Shown: positions 1-10,105 of the stretch, piece after piece
Position numbering within the stretch: position 1 is the stretch's first letter
Layout of the letters: each line of letters begins with the position of its first letter
Assembly (NCBI GenBank): GCA_048886685.1
Contig: JBHLKM010000004.1
Span: 50,486-114,485, forward strand
Length of the DNA stretch: 64,000 nucleotides
Direction: 5' to 3'
Source: Candidatus Hodarchaeota archaeon
Lineage (GTDB): Archaea; Asgardarchaeota; Lokiarchaeia; Sigyniarchaeales; SOKP01
Notes under the pieces: generated by a model
Seen by the model: the letters and a program-made list of their open reading frames with translations, nothing else
Databases searched by the model: none
Told to the model about the DNA's origin: nothing
Position numbers and translations under genes: made by a program

Positions 1-966
1 CATTTTACTTTTGATCCAGAATATATTTTAAAGACTTTAAAGTCATTAGGTAAAAAAATTACAAAAGCAAATATCGCAGGTGGGGTTTTTATCGCAATAA
101 CTTTTATCATTGAAGTATTTAAGAAGATTTCTGAAAAGTTTTTTCGATTATTGATATTGGTTGACGATGGTGCTTACGAAATCCCTGATGAATATCTCCC
201 AGCACTCGAAGAACTAATTAAAAAAGTCAAGGATATGCCCTTCTTTATTGATATTATCTTGATGGGAAGTCCCTATTCTGATCAAGCACAAAAATTATTG
301 AAACTCGCAAATCTATCAAATGGAGACCTTTATGGAATCAAAAATATAAAGGATTTAAATCCAATCTTAACTGAATTATCAGAAAAAAAACGTGTTTCAG
401 AGCCTTCATTTGTGAAACAACAATTGAGAATGATTCTACCCGATAACCAGCTATTTTACATAAATTTAGCTGATGACCCTGTTAGGGTGAATGAAATAGC
501 AACATGTTCCATTTGTTTTCATAAAGATGATGAGGGTATAGTAAAGTGTCCCTCCTGTGATACTCCTGCCCACGATGTGTGTTGGGCACAATGGGCAGAT
601 ACTTCTAATATCGGCATTCTACATGTCTTTAGATGCCATAATTGTTTCAACATACTGAAACTTGATAAAAATTATATAATGGATGTACAAGCAGGAAGAA
701 TACCTACTATTGCTGAATTGATTAAAATGAAGAAAAGGAATATTATTGAATACTTGCATGAAATTGAATCGAAAAGTGAACCTAAAGTCATTCATACCGA
801 AGATCCGATGGCTGTTGAAATACGAGCAATGGTAGAAGCAAGAAAGTTGCAACCTGAAGTTAAAAAGAGACGCAAAAAAGTTGCAGTAAATATTTGCCCT
901 AATTGTAGCAAAATTATGATGGGGGATAGAAAAAACTGTCCTTCTTGTGGATTTGTCTTGTTTTAA
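1..966 (+). CDS. 5'-truncated vWA-like domain protein with PHD/RING-like (C4HC3) finger and C-terminal zinc ribbon
   Basis: Frame 1 is open from base 1 (HFTFDPEYILK...RLLILVDDG), so the track start at 151 is internal. vWA-like ILVDDG / FIDIILMG / LANLSNGDLY pattern; CSIC..CPSCDTPAHDVC..CHNC; terminal CPNC..CPSC. Confidence 0.7.
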   Translation, partial: HFTFDPEYILKTLKSLGKKITKANIAGGVFIAITFIIEVFKKISEKFFRLLILVDDGAYEIPDEYLPALEELIKKVKDMPFFIDIILMGSPYSDQAQKLLKLANLSNGDLYGIKNIKDLNPILTELSEKKRVSEPSFVKQQLRMILPDNQLFYINLADDPVRVNEIATCSICFHKDDEGIVKCPSCDTPAHDVCWAQWADTSNIGILHVFRCHNCFNILKLDKNYIMDVQAGRIPTIAELIKMKKRNIIEYLHEIESKSEPKVIHTEDPMAVEIRAMVEARKLQPEVKKRRKKVAVNICPNCSKIMMGDRKNCPSCGFVLF

Positions 967-1115
967 AAATTAAAATCTTCAGTATAAACTTACAGCTACC
1001 TCAAAAGTTAGGTATTGAGATTTTATAAACCATATATTTAAATAATTTAGGGCTAAAACTATTAATAAGTTGATATAATAGAGTTTTTTAGATTGATAAT
1101 AAGTAAGGGAAAAAA

Positions 1116-2774
1116 ATGGATTCAAATATATTCACATTTCTTGTTGGCGGCAAAGCTGGTGAAGGGGTAAAGAAGGCTGGTTCTGTTGCTGCTCATATTT
1201 TTTCAAGCATGGGTCGTCATGTGTTCCAAATGGATGATTATATGAGTTTGATACGTGGTGGTCACAATTTCTCGGTTGTGAGTACTTCTCCTAGATGGAT
1301 TAGTAGCCATTATATGAAAGCGAATTTAGTAGTAAATTTTGATAAAAGAAGCTGTGAAATGCATGTGAATGATATCGCTGAAAATGGGGTTATAATTTAT
1401 AATTCTGATGAGCAAGAGCTTAAGAATGGTATTGGAATACCACTAACGTCAAAAGCAGAAAAATATCCGATGAAACCTTTAATGTATGGTGTTGGAGCTG
1501 TTGCCATATTATCCGCAACGATTGGTTTCGAAAAAGATCAAATGAACCAAATTATCAGTAGTGAATATCCTAGAGGAATAGAGGATAATATTAATTTTGC
1601 AAATTCCATTTATGATTTAGTAGTTCCTGATTGTGGAGCAAAATTCCCTTTAGAAAAAGGAGATAGGAAAAGATCAATCATTACAGGAAATGAAGCAATA
1701 AGCCTAGGAGCTATAGCTGGAGGTTTAGACGTGTATTATGGCTATCCCATGACTCCCGCATCGACAATCTTGCACACACTCGCTCGTGAAGCTGAGAATT
1801 TTGATTTAGCTGTTGTCCACGCTGAAAGTGAAATAGCAGTAATTAATATGGCAATCGGTTCATCTTTCACAGGAGCAAGAGCTATGGTTGGCACAAGTGG
1901 AGGAGGTTTTGCTCTTATGACCGAAGGTTTCTCTTTAGCAGGTATAACAGAAGCACCTGTTTTAGTTATATTATCTCAAAGACCAGGTCCAGCGACAGGT
2001 GTTCCCACTTACACAGAACAAGCTGATTTAGCTTTTGCTTTAACTGCGGGTCATGGAGATTTCTTAAGAATAGTTGCTTCCCCTAGAACAATTCGAGAGG
2101 CATATTATCTTACTGCTGAAATGTTAGGTCTAGTATGGAAGTTTCAAACACCAGGGATATTACTAACAGAAAAACACCTTTCAGAGAGTAGTATGACAGT
2201 TGAAATTGATTTAGAAAAATCAAAATGGGCAGAGCCAAAAATGCATAAGAACGGTGATTATAAGCGATATCTCGATACTAATGATGGAATTTCTCCTATG
2301 TTATTTCCTCCTTCAAAATCGATAATAAAATGGAATAGTTATGAACATGATGAATTTGGTATAACAACAGAAAATGCTGAGAAGATATCTTTTATGCATG
2401 ATAAAAGAAATAAGAAGTTAAAAACACTTATAGAATACCTAAAGGGACAAGAAACTGTTAAAATAATTCGTGGTGAAAATCCTACTAATATTTTCACGTA
2501 TGGATCAACTTATATGAGTGTTTTAGAAGCTCTTAGATATGGACATTTAAATCCTACAACTGTTGCACCAATATATTTGAGTCCATTACCCACATGGGAG
2601 CTCGAAGAATTTAAAAATCAAGATAATTTAGTAATTGAACAAAGTTCTACAGGACAATTTACTAAACTTTTGAAAGAAAAGGCGGGATTAAAGATAAGAA
2701 ACACAATTAAACAATATGATGGACGTCCATTTGATCCAATTGAGTTATCAAACAAAATTAAGGAGGTGCTCTAA
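1116..2774 (+). CDS. korA: 2-oxoacid:ferredoxin oxidoreductase alpha subunit (gamma-alpha fusion)
   Basis: GGKAGEGV, IRGGHN, GYPMTPAS, ESEIA, TSGGGF, RPGPATGVPT motifs. Confidence 0.93.
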   Translation: MDSNIFTFLVGGKAGEGVKKAGSVAAHIFSSMGRHVFQMDDYMSLIRGGHNFSVVSTSPRWISSHYMKANLVVNFDKRSCEMHVNDIAENGVIIYNSDEQELKNGIGIPLTSKAEKYPMKPLMYGVGAVAILSATIGFEKDQMNQIISSEYPRGIEDNINFANSIYDLVVPDCGAKFPLEKGDRKRSIITGNEAISLGAIAGGLDVYYGYPMTPASTILHTLAREAENFDLAVVHAESEIAVINMAIGSSFTGARAMVGTSGGGFALMTEGFSLAGITEAPVLVILSQRPGPATGVPTYTEQADLAFALTAGHGDFLRIVASPRTIREAYYLTAEMLGLVWKFQTPGILLTEKHLSESSMTVEIDLEKSKWAEPKMHKNGDYKRYLDTNDGISPMLFPPSKSIIKWNSYEHDEFGITTENAEKISFMHDKRNKKLKTLIEYLKGQETVKIIRGENPTNIFTYGSTYMSVLEALRYGHLNPTTVAPIYLSPLPTWELEEFKNQDNLVIEQSSTGQFTKLLKEKAGLKIRNTIKQYDGRPFDPIELSNKIKEVL

Positions 2775-2778
2775 TAAA

Positions 2779-3618
2779 ATGGAAGACCTTAAAACTTATG
2801 CTGAAATTACTTGGTGTCCTGGCTGTGGAAATTTTGGGATCTTTACAGCTGTAAGAAATGCAATCCCTCTTTTAGAGGAAAAAGGTATCAAAAGAGATAA
2901 TATTGTAATAACGTCGGGTATAGGCTGTCATGCAAAAATATTTGATTATCTTAATTTAAGCGGTTTTTATGGATTACATGGGCGTAATTGTTCAAATTCT
3001 GAAGGTATAAAAATTGCGAATCCGGATTTGAAAGTAATTAACTTTTCAGGGGACGCTAATGGATTGGCAGAAGGATTAGCACATACTATATTTGCAGCAA
3101 AAAGAAATCAAGATATAACATTTATTTTACATAATAACAGTGTTTATGCTCTCACAACAGGTCAATTCTCTCCATTGGCAGAAAAAGGATGGAGAGGACC
3201 CTCCACTCCAAGGGGAAGCTACGAGGAACCATTTAATCCAATGTCTTTAATGATTGAAGCAGGAGCCACTTTCGTAGCAAGAGGTTTTGCTGGTGATACA
3301 AAGCATCTCACAGATCTCATAGTACAAGGTGTAGAACACGAAGGATTCGCTTTCATAGAAGTCTTACAACCTGCCGTTCCTTACCATAAGTGGGAAGAAT
3401 ATAGAGAGCATGTTGAATATCTTGAAAAAGAACCAGAGAATTATTTTGAAGCCATTAAGGTAACTAAAGAAAATCATAAGTTTACAATAGGAATATTTTA
3501 TAGAACAACAAGACCAGTTTATCATAAAGAGTTATATGGAAATCATAACCCTATTACTAAAAAATTATCACGGGATACACGAATTGAAAAAATTCGAAAA
3601 ATTCTTGAATCTGAATAA
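2779..3618 (+). CDS. korB: 2-oxoacid:ferredoxin oxidoreductase beta subunit
   Basis: WCPGCGNF, SGIGC, SGD, NNSVYALTTGQFSP. Start moved to ATG 2779 just after the korA stop, with AGGAGGTG upstream. Confidence 0.92.
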   Translation: MEDLKTYAEITWCPGCGNFGIFTAVRNAIPLLEEKGIKRDNIVITSGIGCHAKIFDYLNLSGFYGLHGRNCSNSEGIKIANPDLKVINFSGDANGLAEGLAHTIFAAKRNQDITFILHNNSVYALTTGQFSPLAEKGWRGPSTPRGSYEEPFNPMSLMIEAGATFVARGFAGDTKHLTDLIVQGVEHEGFAFIEVLQPAVPYHKWEEYREHVEYLEKEPENYFEAIKVTKENHKFTIGIFYRTTRPVYHKELYGNHNPITKKLSRDTRIEKIRKILESE

Positions 3619-3696
3619 TGATGATTTATTCATAACTTAATTAAGACTATTAAATAAATTCAGGAATTAGAAAATTATATTTTTTTAAAAAATATT

Positions 3697-5061
3697 TTAT
3701 AGATTAATTCGACCTATTGCTCTAAATGGCAAGGATTCATTAAATGTATTATAATCATATAATCTCCTCCCATCTACTAAATTCGGAGTTTTCATATGTT
3801 TCTTAAAATCATCTGGAGTCAGAATTTTAAATTCATCCCATTGTGTTATTAATAAGGCGCACTCAGAATCTTTAAGAGCATGTTCTATAGAATTAGCATA
3901 TTGAATTTTATTTCCTAATTCTACTTCAGCAGTTTCAAGTGCTTTTGGATCATAACCAACAATATTAGAAACTCCTCTTTTTCTTAATTCATTTACAACC
4001 CTTATACTAGCTGCTTCTCTCATATCATCAGTTCCAGGTTTAAAGGATAGTCCTAATAATGTTATCTTCTTCTTTGCCAAGCTTCCTGCTAATTCCTCAG
4101 CTATATCTACTATATGAATTGCTTGGTCGTCATTAATGTCTAAAACTGCTTCCAATAACCTTGATTGATATCCTTTGGATTTTGACCAAGCTTTTATAGC
4201 ATTAACGTCCTTATGAAAACATGAACCCCCAAAACCAACTCCAGCACCTAAAAATCTAGGATTCAATCGATAATCTAGTCCTACTCCTTTCATAACCTGA
4301 ACAATGTCGACATTAGGTACTAATTCAGCAAAGTTAGCAAACTCATTTGCATAACTTATCTTTGTAGATAATAAGCAATTATTTCCATACTTAACTAATT
4401 CAGCGCTTTCTAAGTTCATTCTCAAAATAGGACACTCTTTTAAATGTTCACCATAAAAATATTCATAAAATTCTTGAAGCATAGCGCCGCTCTTTTCGTC
4501 AAATTCTCCAATTACAATCCTATCTGGATGTAAGGTGTCTTCAATTGAGCGTCCTTCAGCTAAAAATTCAGGTTGCATACATAATCCGTAATCTTTCCCT
4601 GGTTCTTTTCCAGAAACATCCTTAATGATTTTACCAACTAAATTTCTTGTTGTACCAGGAACGACTGTGGATCTAACCACAACCAAATGATATTTGTCCT
4701 TTTTTTTTAATGCTTCTCCAATTTCTCTTGCTGTACTTTCAATATAACTTAAATCAATACTTTTATCTTCTCTCATTGGAGTTCCTTGAGTTATCATAGA
4801 AATATCAGTTTCAAGCACAGCCTTTACTGGATCGATTATACATTGCAAGAGCTCTGGATGTTCATTCTTAATATTATCCATCATTTCTTGGAGTCCTGCT
4901 TCAAAAAATGGAGCAATTCCCTCATTAATCATATTGGCTTTTTTCTCATTATGAGTAGATGCTAAAACCTTAATATCTTTTTCAGCAAAGCAAGCTGCTG
5001 AACACAAGCCAATAAATCCAGTGCCTAATATAGAGACTCTATATTTATATATTTTGAACAC
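3697..5061 (-). CDS. UDP-glucose/GDP-mannose dehydrogenase family protein
   Basis: GTGFIG Rossmann motif, STVVPGTT, PEFLAEG, GFGGSCFHKD catalytic Cys, FKPGTDDMRE. Confidence 0.92.
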   Translation of the reverse strand: MFKIYKYRVSILGTGFIGLCSAACFAEKDIKVLASTHNEKKANMINEGIAPFFEAGLQEMMDNIKNEHPELLQCIIDPVKAVLETDISMITQGTPMREDKSIDLSYIESTAREIGEALKKKDKYHLVVVRSTVVPGTTRNLVGKIIKDVSGKEPGKDYGLCMQPEFLAEGRSIEDTLHPDRIVIGEFDEKSGAMLQEFYEYFYGEHLKECPILRMNLESAELVKYGNNCLLSTKISYANEFANFAELVPNVDIVQVMKGVGLDYRLNPRFLGAGVGFGGSCFHKDVNAIKAWSKSKGYQSRLLEAVLDINDDQAIHIVDIAEELAGSLAKKKITLLGLSFKPGTDDMREAASIRVVNELRKRGVSNIVGYDPKALETAEVELGNKIQYANSIEHALKDSECALLITQWDEFKILTPDDFKKHMKTPNLVDGRRLYDYNTFNESLPFRAIGRINL

Positions 5062-5258
5062 CTTGTCTATTTCTATTTCTACCTTATAAAATCACGTAAT
5101 TTTTTATAATTTTTTGGTAATTTAGAAATAAATTTATAATATAATGAATCTTGTATTAAATTTATGGTCTATTCCAATAAAGTTTGGAAGTGTGGGAAAC
5201 CTATGGGTGTAGTGAGAAAGGTTTTCTATAAAAAAATAATATTAGGTAGATAATTATA

Positions 5259-6545
5259 ATGAAAGATTTGAGAAAAAAGTTAGAAATCCCAAAAGATGCT
5301 TTAAAATCTGTGAATGATTTTTTACTTGATCAGAATAATCCTTTAATTAACAATTTATTGACTGTATTAGATAAATATGGTGGTATTGAAGAAATTAATA
5401 AAAAAGCACGAGAAGCTAGTAAATTAGATAACTTAATCAATAAATTAGCTAAGAAGAATTCTGATCATGTTAAGGATATTGAGTGGCTTATAAAGGCTCG
5501 AGATGACCATTCTTTTATTAATATTAAAGAATATAGAAAAAAAATCTTAGGAGAAAAAGCTTTAGAAATGAAATTCAATGACGATTATGCTGTTACTTTA
5601 GAATTATCAGCTTGTCAATATTTTCCCTTTTTGATTGATATCGCAAAAAATGCAATAGAAAACCAGAAACTAGTTCCAGGAAGAATTATTCGAGTAAGAA
5701 GAATGAAGGAGCAAGAAGAAGATGGAGATTTATTAGCAATGACTGCCGCTATGCAAATTATTGGGTCAACCTGGGTAGAAACGCTCGATACGAAAGGCAC
5801 GGCTCCAGGTCCAGATGGAATGCCTGTGAATGTGCATCTAGGAGGCCCGGATACGATTACTGGATATTTTGGAGGAGTTGGACAGCCTAATGATTTTGCC
5901 TTAAAGTGGATTGATGAATATCTTTATTATTATACTAATTATGGTATAAAGCAAGTACTTAATGTTAATCCTGGAACTGTTCTTTTAGGTTATTTTATTT
6001 ATAAACTAGGGATTAATAATGAATTTAAAATTAGTGTATACATGGGGAATGACAATCCTTATTCTTGTTTATGGACACTCCTAACTGCTAAATTATTTGC
6101 TCGAGAAGATGGAAGTAGCCCTTTAATTGGATTTAATTTATCAAATGCAGTAAATAATGAAACTATAGAGATGGCTGCATATATTCGAAAACCATTTGGT
6201 TTTGAAGATGTTATTAGATTAGAGCATCATATAACAGAGACTTGGAAGAGTATAGTAAGACAACCCTATGACCGAAGAGATGAATTGTTAGAGTTAGCAA
6301 AAAAGGTAAAAAATATAAGTGCTAAACATGAAGGTGGAAACGTAGAAGTCGATGGGAAAAGAGAACATCCTACAGATATTCTTGAATACTTTATGCCTAA
6401 AGAAGAATTAAAACAAGCAGGTTTGTGGGATTATTTAAGAATTAATCATTTAGATCGATATGAAGCAGTAAATTCAACCGCAGAAACTCTTACTAAAAAT
6501 GGATTATCATTTATTGCTGCAAATGAATTACATCACTATGAATAA
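5259..6545 (+). CDS. conserved hypothetical protein (428 aa, enzyme-like), first gene of operon with DapA-Fae fusion
   Basis: Long ORF with Gly/His/Asp-rich motifs (DTKGT, NVHLGG, GYFGGVGQPN, EHHITE, SAKHEGG); 20 nt upstream of the next gene. Confidence 0.8.
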   Translation: MKDLRKKLEIPKDALKSVNDFLLDQNNPLINNLLTVLDKYGGIEEINKKAREASKLDNLINKLAKKNSDHVKDIEWLIKARDDHSFINIKEYRKKILGEKALEMKFNDDYAVTLELSACQYFPFLIDIAKNAIENQKLVPGRIIRVRRMKEQEEDGDLLAMTAAMQIIGSTWVETLDTKGTAPGPDGMPVNVHLGGPDTITGYFGGVGQPNDFALKWIDEYLYYYTNYGIKQVLNVNPGTVLLGYFIYKLGINNEFKISVYMGNDNPYSCLWTLLTAKLFAREDGSSPLIGFNLSNAVNNETIEMAAYIRKPFGFEDVIRLEHHITETWKSIVRQPYDRRDELLELAKKVKNISAKHEGGNVEVDGKREHPTDILEYFMPKEELKQAGLWDYLRINHLDRYEAVNSTAETLTKNGLSFIAANELHHYE

Positions 6546-6565
6546 AATATTGAGGTAAAAATATC

Positions 6566-8056
6566 ATGGGTAAATTTAATTTTAGACCTACTGGGGTAAT
6601 GCCTGCATTAGTTACACCATTTAATAAAACTGATGAGTCCATTAATGAGGAAAATTTGAGAAATTTAGTAAATCATCTTATTGAACAAGGAGTCACAGGT
6701 CTTGTACCCGTTGGAACTACTGGTGAATTTGTGAATATGAATTTTGAGGAACGTCTGAAAGTAATAGAAATTGTAGTTGATGAAACGAATGGCCGAGTTC
6801 CAGTTATTGCGGGAACAGGAGAAACAGGGACTAAATTAGTAATAGAAGCTACTAAAGCGGCAACTGATATTGGTGCAGATGCTGTATTAATTGTAACACC
6901 CTATTACTTAAAGCCCAAGGCAAAAGGTTTATACGATCATTATTATACTATTACAGAAAAAACGGATATTCCTATTGTTTTATATAACATTCCTGCTTGT
7001 ACTGGAGTGGAATTGCCATGGACGGTTGTAGAAGATTTAGTTGATATCGAGAATTTCGTAGCGATAAAAGATTCGAGTGGAGATTACAAATATTTTTCGG
7101 CATTATTAGAAAAAGTAAGTGATAAGATCTCAGTTTTGATTGGATGGGATGAAAATGTATTGGGGGCTTTAGCAGGAGGTGCTGCAGGCTGCATTCTAGG
7201 CTCTGCAAATGTATTTCCAAAAATATGGCTTGAAATATATGAACATGTGAAAAATAATCGTTTAGAAGAGGCACAGATACTACAGAAAAAAGTACAAAAA
7301 TTAGCAAGACTATTAATAAATTCTGGAGCATTAGGAGTAAAATCATGTTTGAATATGATGAAAATTCCAGTAGGGACTACACGTCAACCATTAGTACTTG
7401 GTGACGCGCTCTCTTATGAGATTAAAGATGAATTACGCGTAGAACTTGAAAAATTAGGATTAATTAAAAAAACAGAAATCCAATTTGAATTTGGAGAAAA
7501 GCCACTTACAAGTCGTTTTTACGCAGTTGGTATTACTCCTCAGAAAATCACTGATTTTGAACTAAAAGTAGGGGAATCTCTTGTAGGGGATCGTGCAGAA
7601 CTTGCTCATATCGATCTCCTAATTGGCCGAAAAAATGGACCTGTTGGTAATGCATATGCTCAAGCTTTAACAAATCCAGAAGAAGGACGTGAAGGGCTTC
7701 AGGTCATTCTAGAACCAAATATGCAAGTTAAACCACCAACAATTATGATTCCCACTGTACGTCCAACTTCTCTTCGTCATGCTAGCCTTACTTATGGTCC
7801 TGCCCAAGCGGCTATTGCTAAAGCTGTTATGCAATGTGTTGAAGATGGAATTCTCCCAAAAGAATTAGCTAATGATATAGTTCTAATTGTAAATGTTTTT
7901 GTTCATCCTAGTGCTAGTGCAAGAAAAAGAATTTTTATCAATAATTATAAGGCAACTCGAAATGCAATCCGAAAAGCAATGGAAGGCTTACCAACAGTAA
8001 ATGATGGAATAAAGAACGCAGAAAATGCACGGCATCCTTTTAGGAATGATCCTTAA
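6566..8056 (+). CDS. DapA/NAL-family class I aldolase fused to C-terminal formaldehyde-activating enzyme (Fae) domain
   Basis: N-terminal GTTGE, PYY, LYNIP, IKDSS (Schiff-base K168). C-terminal VGESLVG..AHIDLLIG..GPVG..KPPTIMIP..GPAQAAIAKAV..FVHP..NYKAT matches Fae. Confidence 0.88.
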   Translation: MGKFNFRPTGVMPALVTPFNKTDESINEENLRNLVNHLIEQGVTGLVPVGTTGEFVNMNFEERLKVIEIVVDETNGRVPVIAGTGETGTKLVIEATKAATDIGADAVLIVTPYYLKPKAKGLYDHYYTITEKTDIPIVLYNIPACTGVELPWTVVEDLVDIENFVAIKDSSGDYKYFSALLEKVSDKISVLIGWDENVLGALAGGAAGCILGSANVFPKIWLEIYEHVKNNRLEEAQILQKKVQKLARLLINSGALGVKSCLNMMKIPVGTTRQPLVLGDALSYEIKDELRVELEKLGLIKKTEIQFEFGEKPLTSRFYAVGITPQKITDFELKVGESLVGDRAELAHIDLLIGRKNGPVGNAYAQALTNPEEGREGLQVILEPNMQVKPPTIMIPTVRPTSLRHASLTYGPAQAAIAKAVMQCVEDGILPKELANDIVLIVNVFVHPSASARKRIFINNYKATRNAIRKAMEGLPTVNDGIKNAENARHPFRNDP

Positions 8057-8236
8057 ATCTTACTTTTATTATATTTATAAAATATTAATTGAAATCATGT
8101 AGGTATTTTATTTTTTAAACTCAAATTCCATAAATTTAATACTTCATAACGCTAATATTGATAATTTTAAGAAATAGATTTTAATTAATAATATAATTTA
8201 ATCCAAAATTTAGAAAAAAAACAAAATGAATGAAAC

Positions 8237-8722
8237 ATGACAGAGCAAATAATGGAATTAAAGGTTGGAGCAGATGCTCCAAAGTTCTGTCTTCCAGACA
8301 AAGACAATAAAGAAGTATGTTTGGATGATTTTAAAGGAAAATATATTGTTCTCTACTTCTATCCAAAAGATAATTCACCTGGTTGTACTACTGAAGCAAT
8401 AGGATTTACTGGAATTTTACCAAAACTAGAAAAATTAGATGCTGTTGTTGTTGGAGTTAGTCCAGACAGTCCTGAGTCTCATGCCAAGTTCATTGAAAAG
8501 AAGAATTTGAAGGTTATCTTACTTAGTGATGTTGATAAAAAAGTGATTAAAGAATATGGTAAATGGGCTAAGAAGAAATTTAGAGGAAAGGAATATATGG
8601 GGGTCATTCGAAGTACTTTTTTAATAGATCCAAAAGGAAAGATATCACATATATGGCCTAAGGTTTCTGTTAACGGCCATCCAGAAGATGTGCAAAAGAT
8701 TCTAACTGAATTAAAAAAATAA
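8237..8722 (+). CDS. bcp: BCP/PrxQ peroxiredoxin
   Basis: LYFYPKDNSPGCTTEA peroxidatic motif, RSTFLID. Confidence 0.92.
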   Translation: MTEQIMELKVGADAPKFCLPDKDNKEVCLDDFKGKYIVLYFYPKDNSPGCTTEAIGFTGILPKLEKLDAVVVGVSPDSPESHAKFIEKKNLKVILLSDVDKKVIKEYGKWAKKKFRGKEYMGVIRSTFLIDPKGKISHIWPKVSVNGHPEDVQKILTELKK

Positions 8723-8769
8723 CTTTTTTATTATTTTTATTTTGTCAATTAAATTTTTGCTATGAAATT

Positions 8770-9342
8770 ATGGATGTTAAAGAAGCCATTGAAAAAAGAA
8801 GAGCTTATCGATCACTCGATCCTATTATAATCGATGACAAATTAATCCAAGATTTAGCTGGAATGGTTAAAATCGCACCATCCTGTGCGAATCGGCAACC
8901 TTGGAATTATATTTTTGTAAGGGATAAAAAAATATTGAGTCAATTATTTACTACCCTTTCTGAAGGGAATAAATGGGTTGAAAAAGCTTCGATGATTATT
9001 GCTGTTTTCAGTAAACCTGAAATCGATTGTATTATAAAAGATCGTCTTTATTATTTGTTTGATACAGGAATAGCTACTGCTTTCTTAATTTTGCGTGCTA
9101 CTGAATTAGGGCTAGTTGCACACCCAATTGCAGGTTTTAATGAAAGAAAAGCAAAAGAAGTCCTACAAATTCCAGAGGAAATGAGACTTATTACCTTAGT
9201 AATCATTGGAAAACATTCAGAAGAAATAAACCCTGTTCTTTCTGATGCAATGAAATTAGGAGAAAAACAGAGGCCTCCTCGAAAACAACTAGAAGATTTC
9301 ATATTTATAAATCGTTATAACAGAAATTCTGAAGAGAAATAA
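8770..9342 (+). CDS. nitroreductase family protein
   Basis: RRAYR, APSCANRQPW, ATELGL. Confidence 0.9.
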   Translation: MDVKEAIEKRRAYRSLDPIIIDDKLIQDLAGMVKIAPSCANRQPWNYIFVRDKKILSQLFTTLSEGNKWVEKASMIIAVFSKPEIDCIIKDRLYYLFDTGIATAFLILRATELGLVAHPIAGFNERKAKEVLQIPEEMRLITLVIIGKHSEEINPVLSDAMKLGEKQRPPRKQLEDFIFINRYNRNSEEK

Positions 9343-9375
9343 TAAAAAAAATAAAAACAGGTAAAAATTGAACGA

Positions 9376-9942
9376 TTAAGCATTAAGTTTCTTAAGAACA
9401 TGGGCAAAATTTTTACCAAGATTCTTAAATGTTTGAATACCTTCTTTATCGTCTAATACCTCTCCAGGCATTCTCCCAATACCCATATTCCAGTACGTGC
9501 TTCCCACAACGATCATTTCCTTAATTAAGAAGAAATAATTAATACTTGAAAAAACATGATTAGCACCTGCTCTTCTCACAGCAACTACTGCGGCACCAAC
9601 CTTATGTTTTAACAGTCGGGCTGTTGCATATCCTGCTCGTTCTATTAATGCTTTGGTTGCTACCGTTAAATCAGAAAAATAAGTAGGAGAACCAATGATT
9701 ATTCCATCCGCTTTAAGCATTTTTTGGATGTAATCATTCATCTTATCTCCTTCAATAACACATCTTTGGTCATTATTTTCAACACATTTGTAACATGCAG
9801 TACATCCCTGCAATTTATCCATACCAATCCATACATATTCACATTCAATCCCGGCAGATTCTAATTCCTCTATTACCGTATTCAAACAATGATATGTGTT
9901 TCCCTCTTTTCGAGGACTTCCATTAAAAAGGACTACTTTCAA
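9376..9942 (-). CDS. iron-sulfur flavoprotein / NADPH-dependent FMN reductase family
   Basis: GSPRKEGNT, CTACYKC..C cluster motif, GSPTYF. Confidence 0.9.
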   Translation of the reverse strand: MKVVLFNGSPRKEGNTYHCLNTVIEELESAGIECEYVWIGMDKLQGCTACYKCVENNDQRCVIEGDKMNDYIQKMLKADGIIIGSPTYFSDLTVATKALIERAGYATARLLKHKVGAAVVAVRRAGANHVFSSINYFFLIKEMIVVGSTYWNMGIGRMPGEVLDDKEGIQTFKNLGKNFAHVLKKLNA

Positions 9943-10105
9943 TATGGTGCACCTGAGATAAATTCTAAATTATGATTTATATAATATTATTTTTCTTATT
10001 TTTTATCTTTAGATTATTTCGAGATTAATTACATTCTTCCATGATTTATAAGCATTAGTTTGAAATTTGGACTTTATATTAATTAAATAGAACGGTGAGA
10101 ATTGG

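Noticed and set aside
6566-7500. Plain dapA (lysine biosynthesis) annotation
   Set aside because: The Arg138-equivalent is missing, the Fae domain is fused, and no dap/lys genes are nearby, so no gene symbol was assigned.
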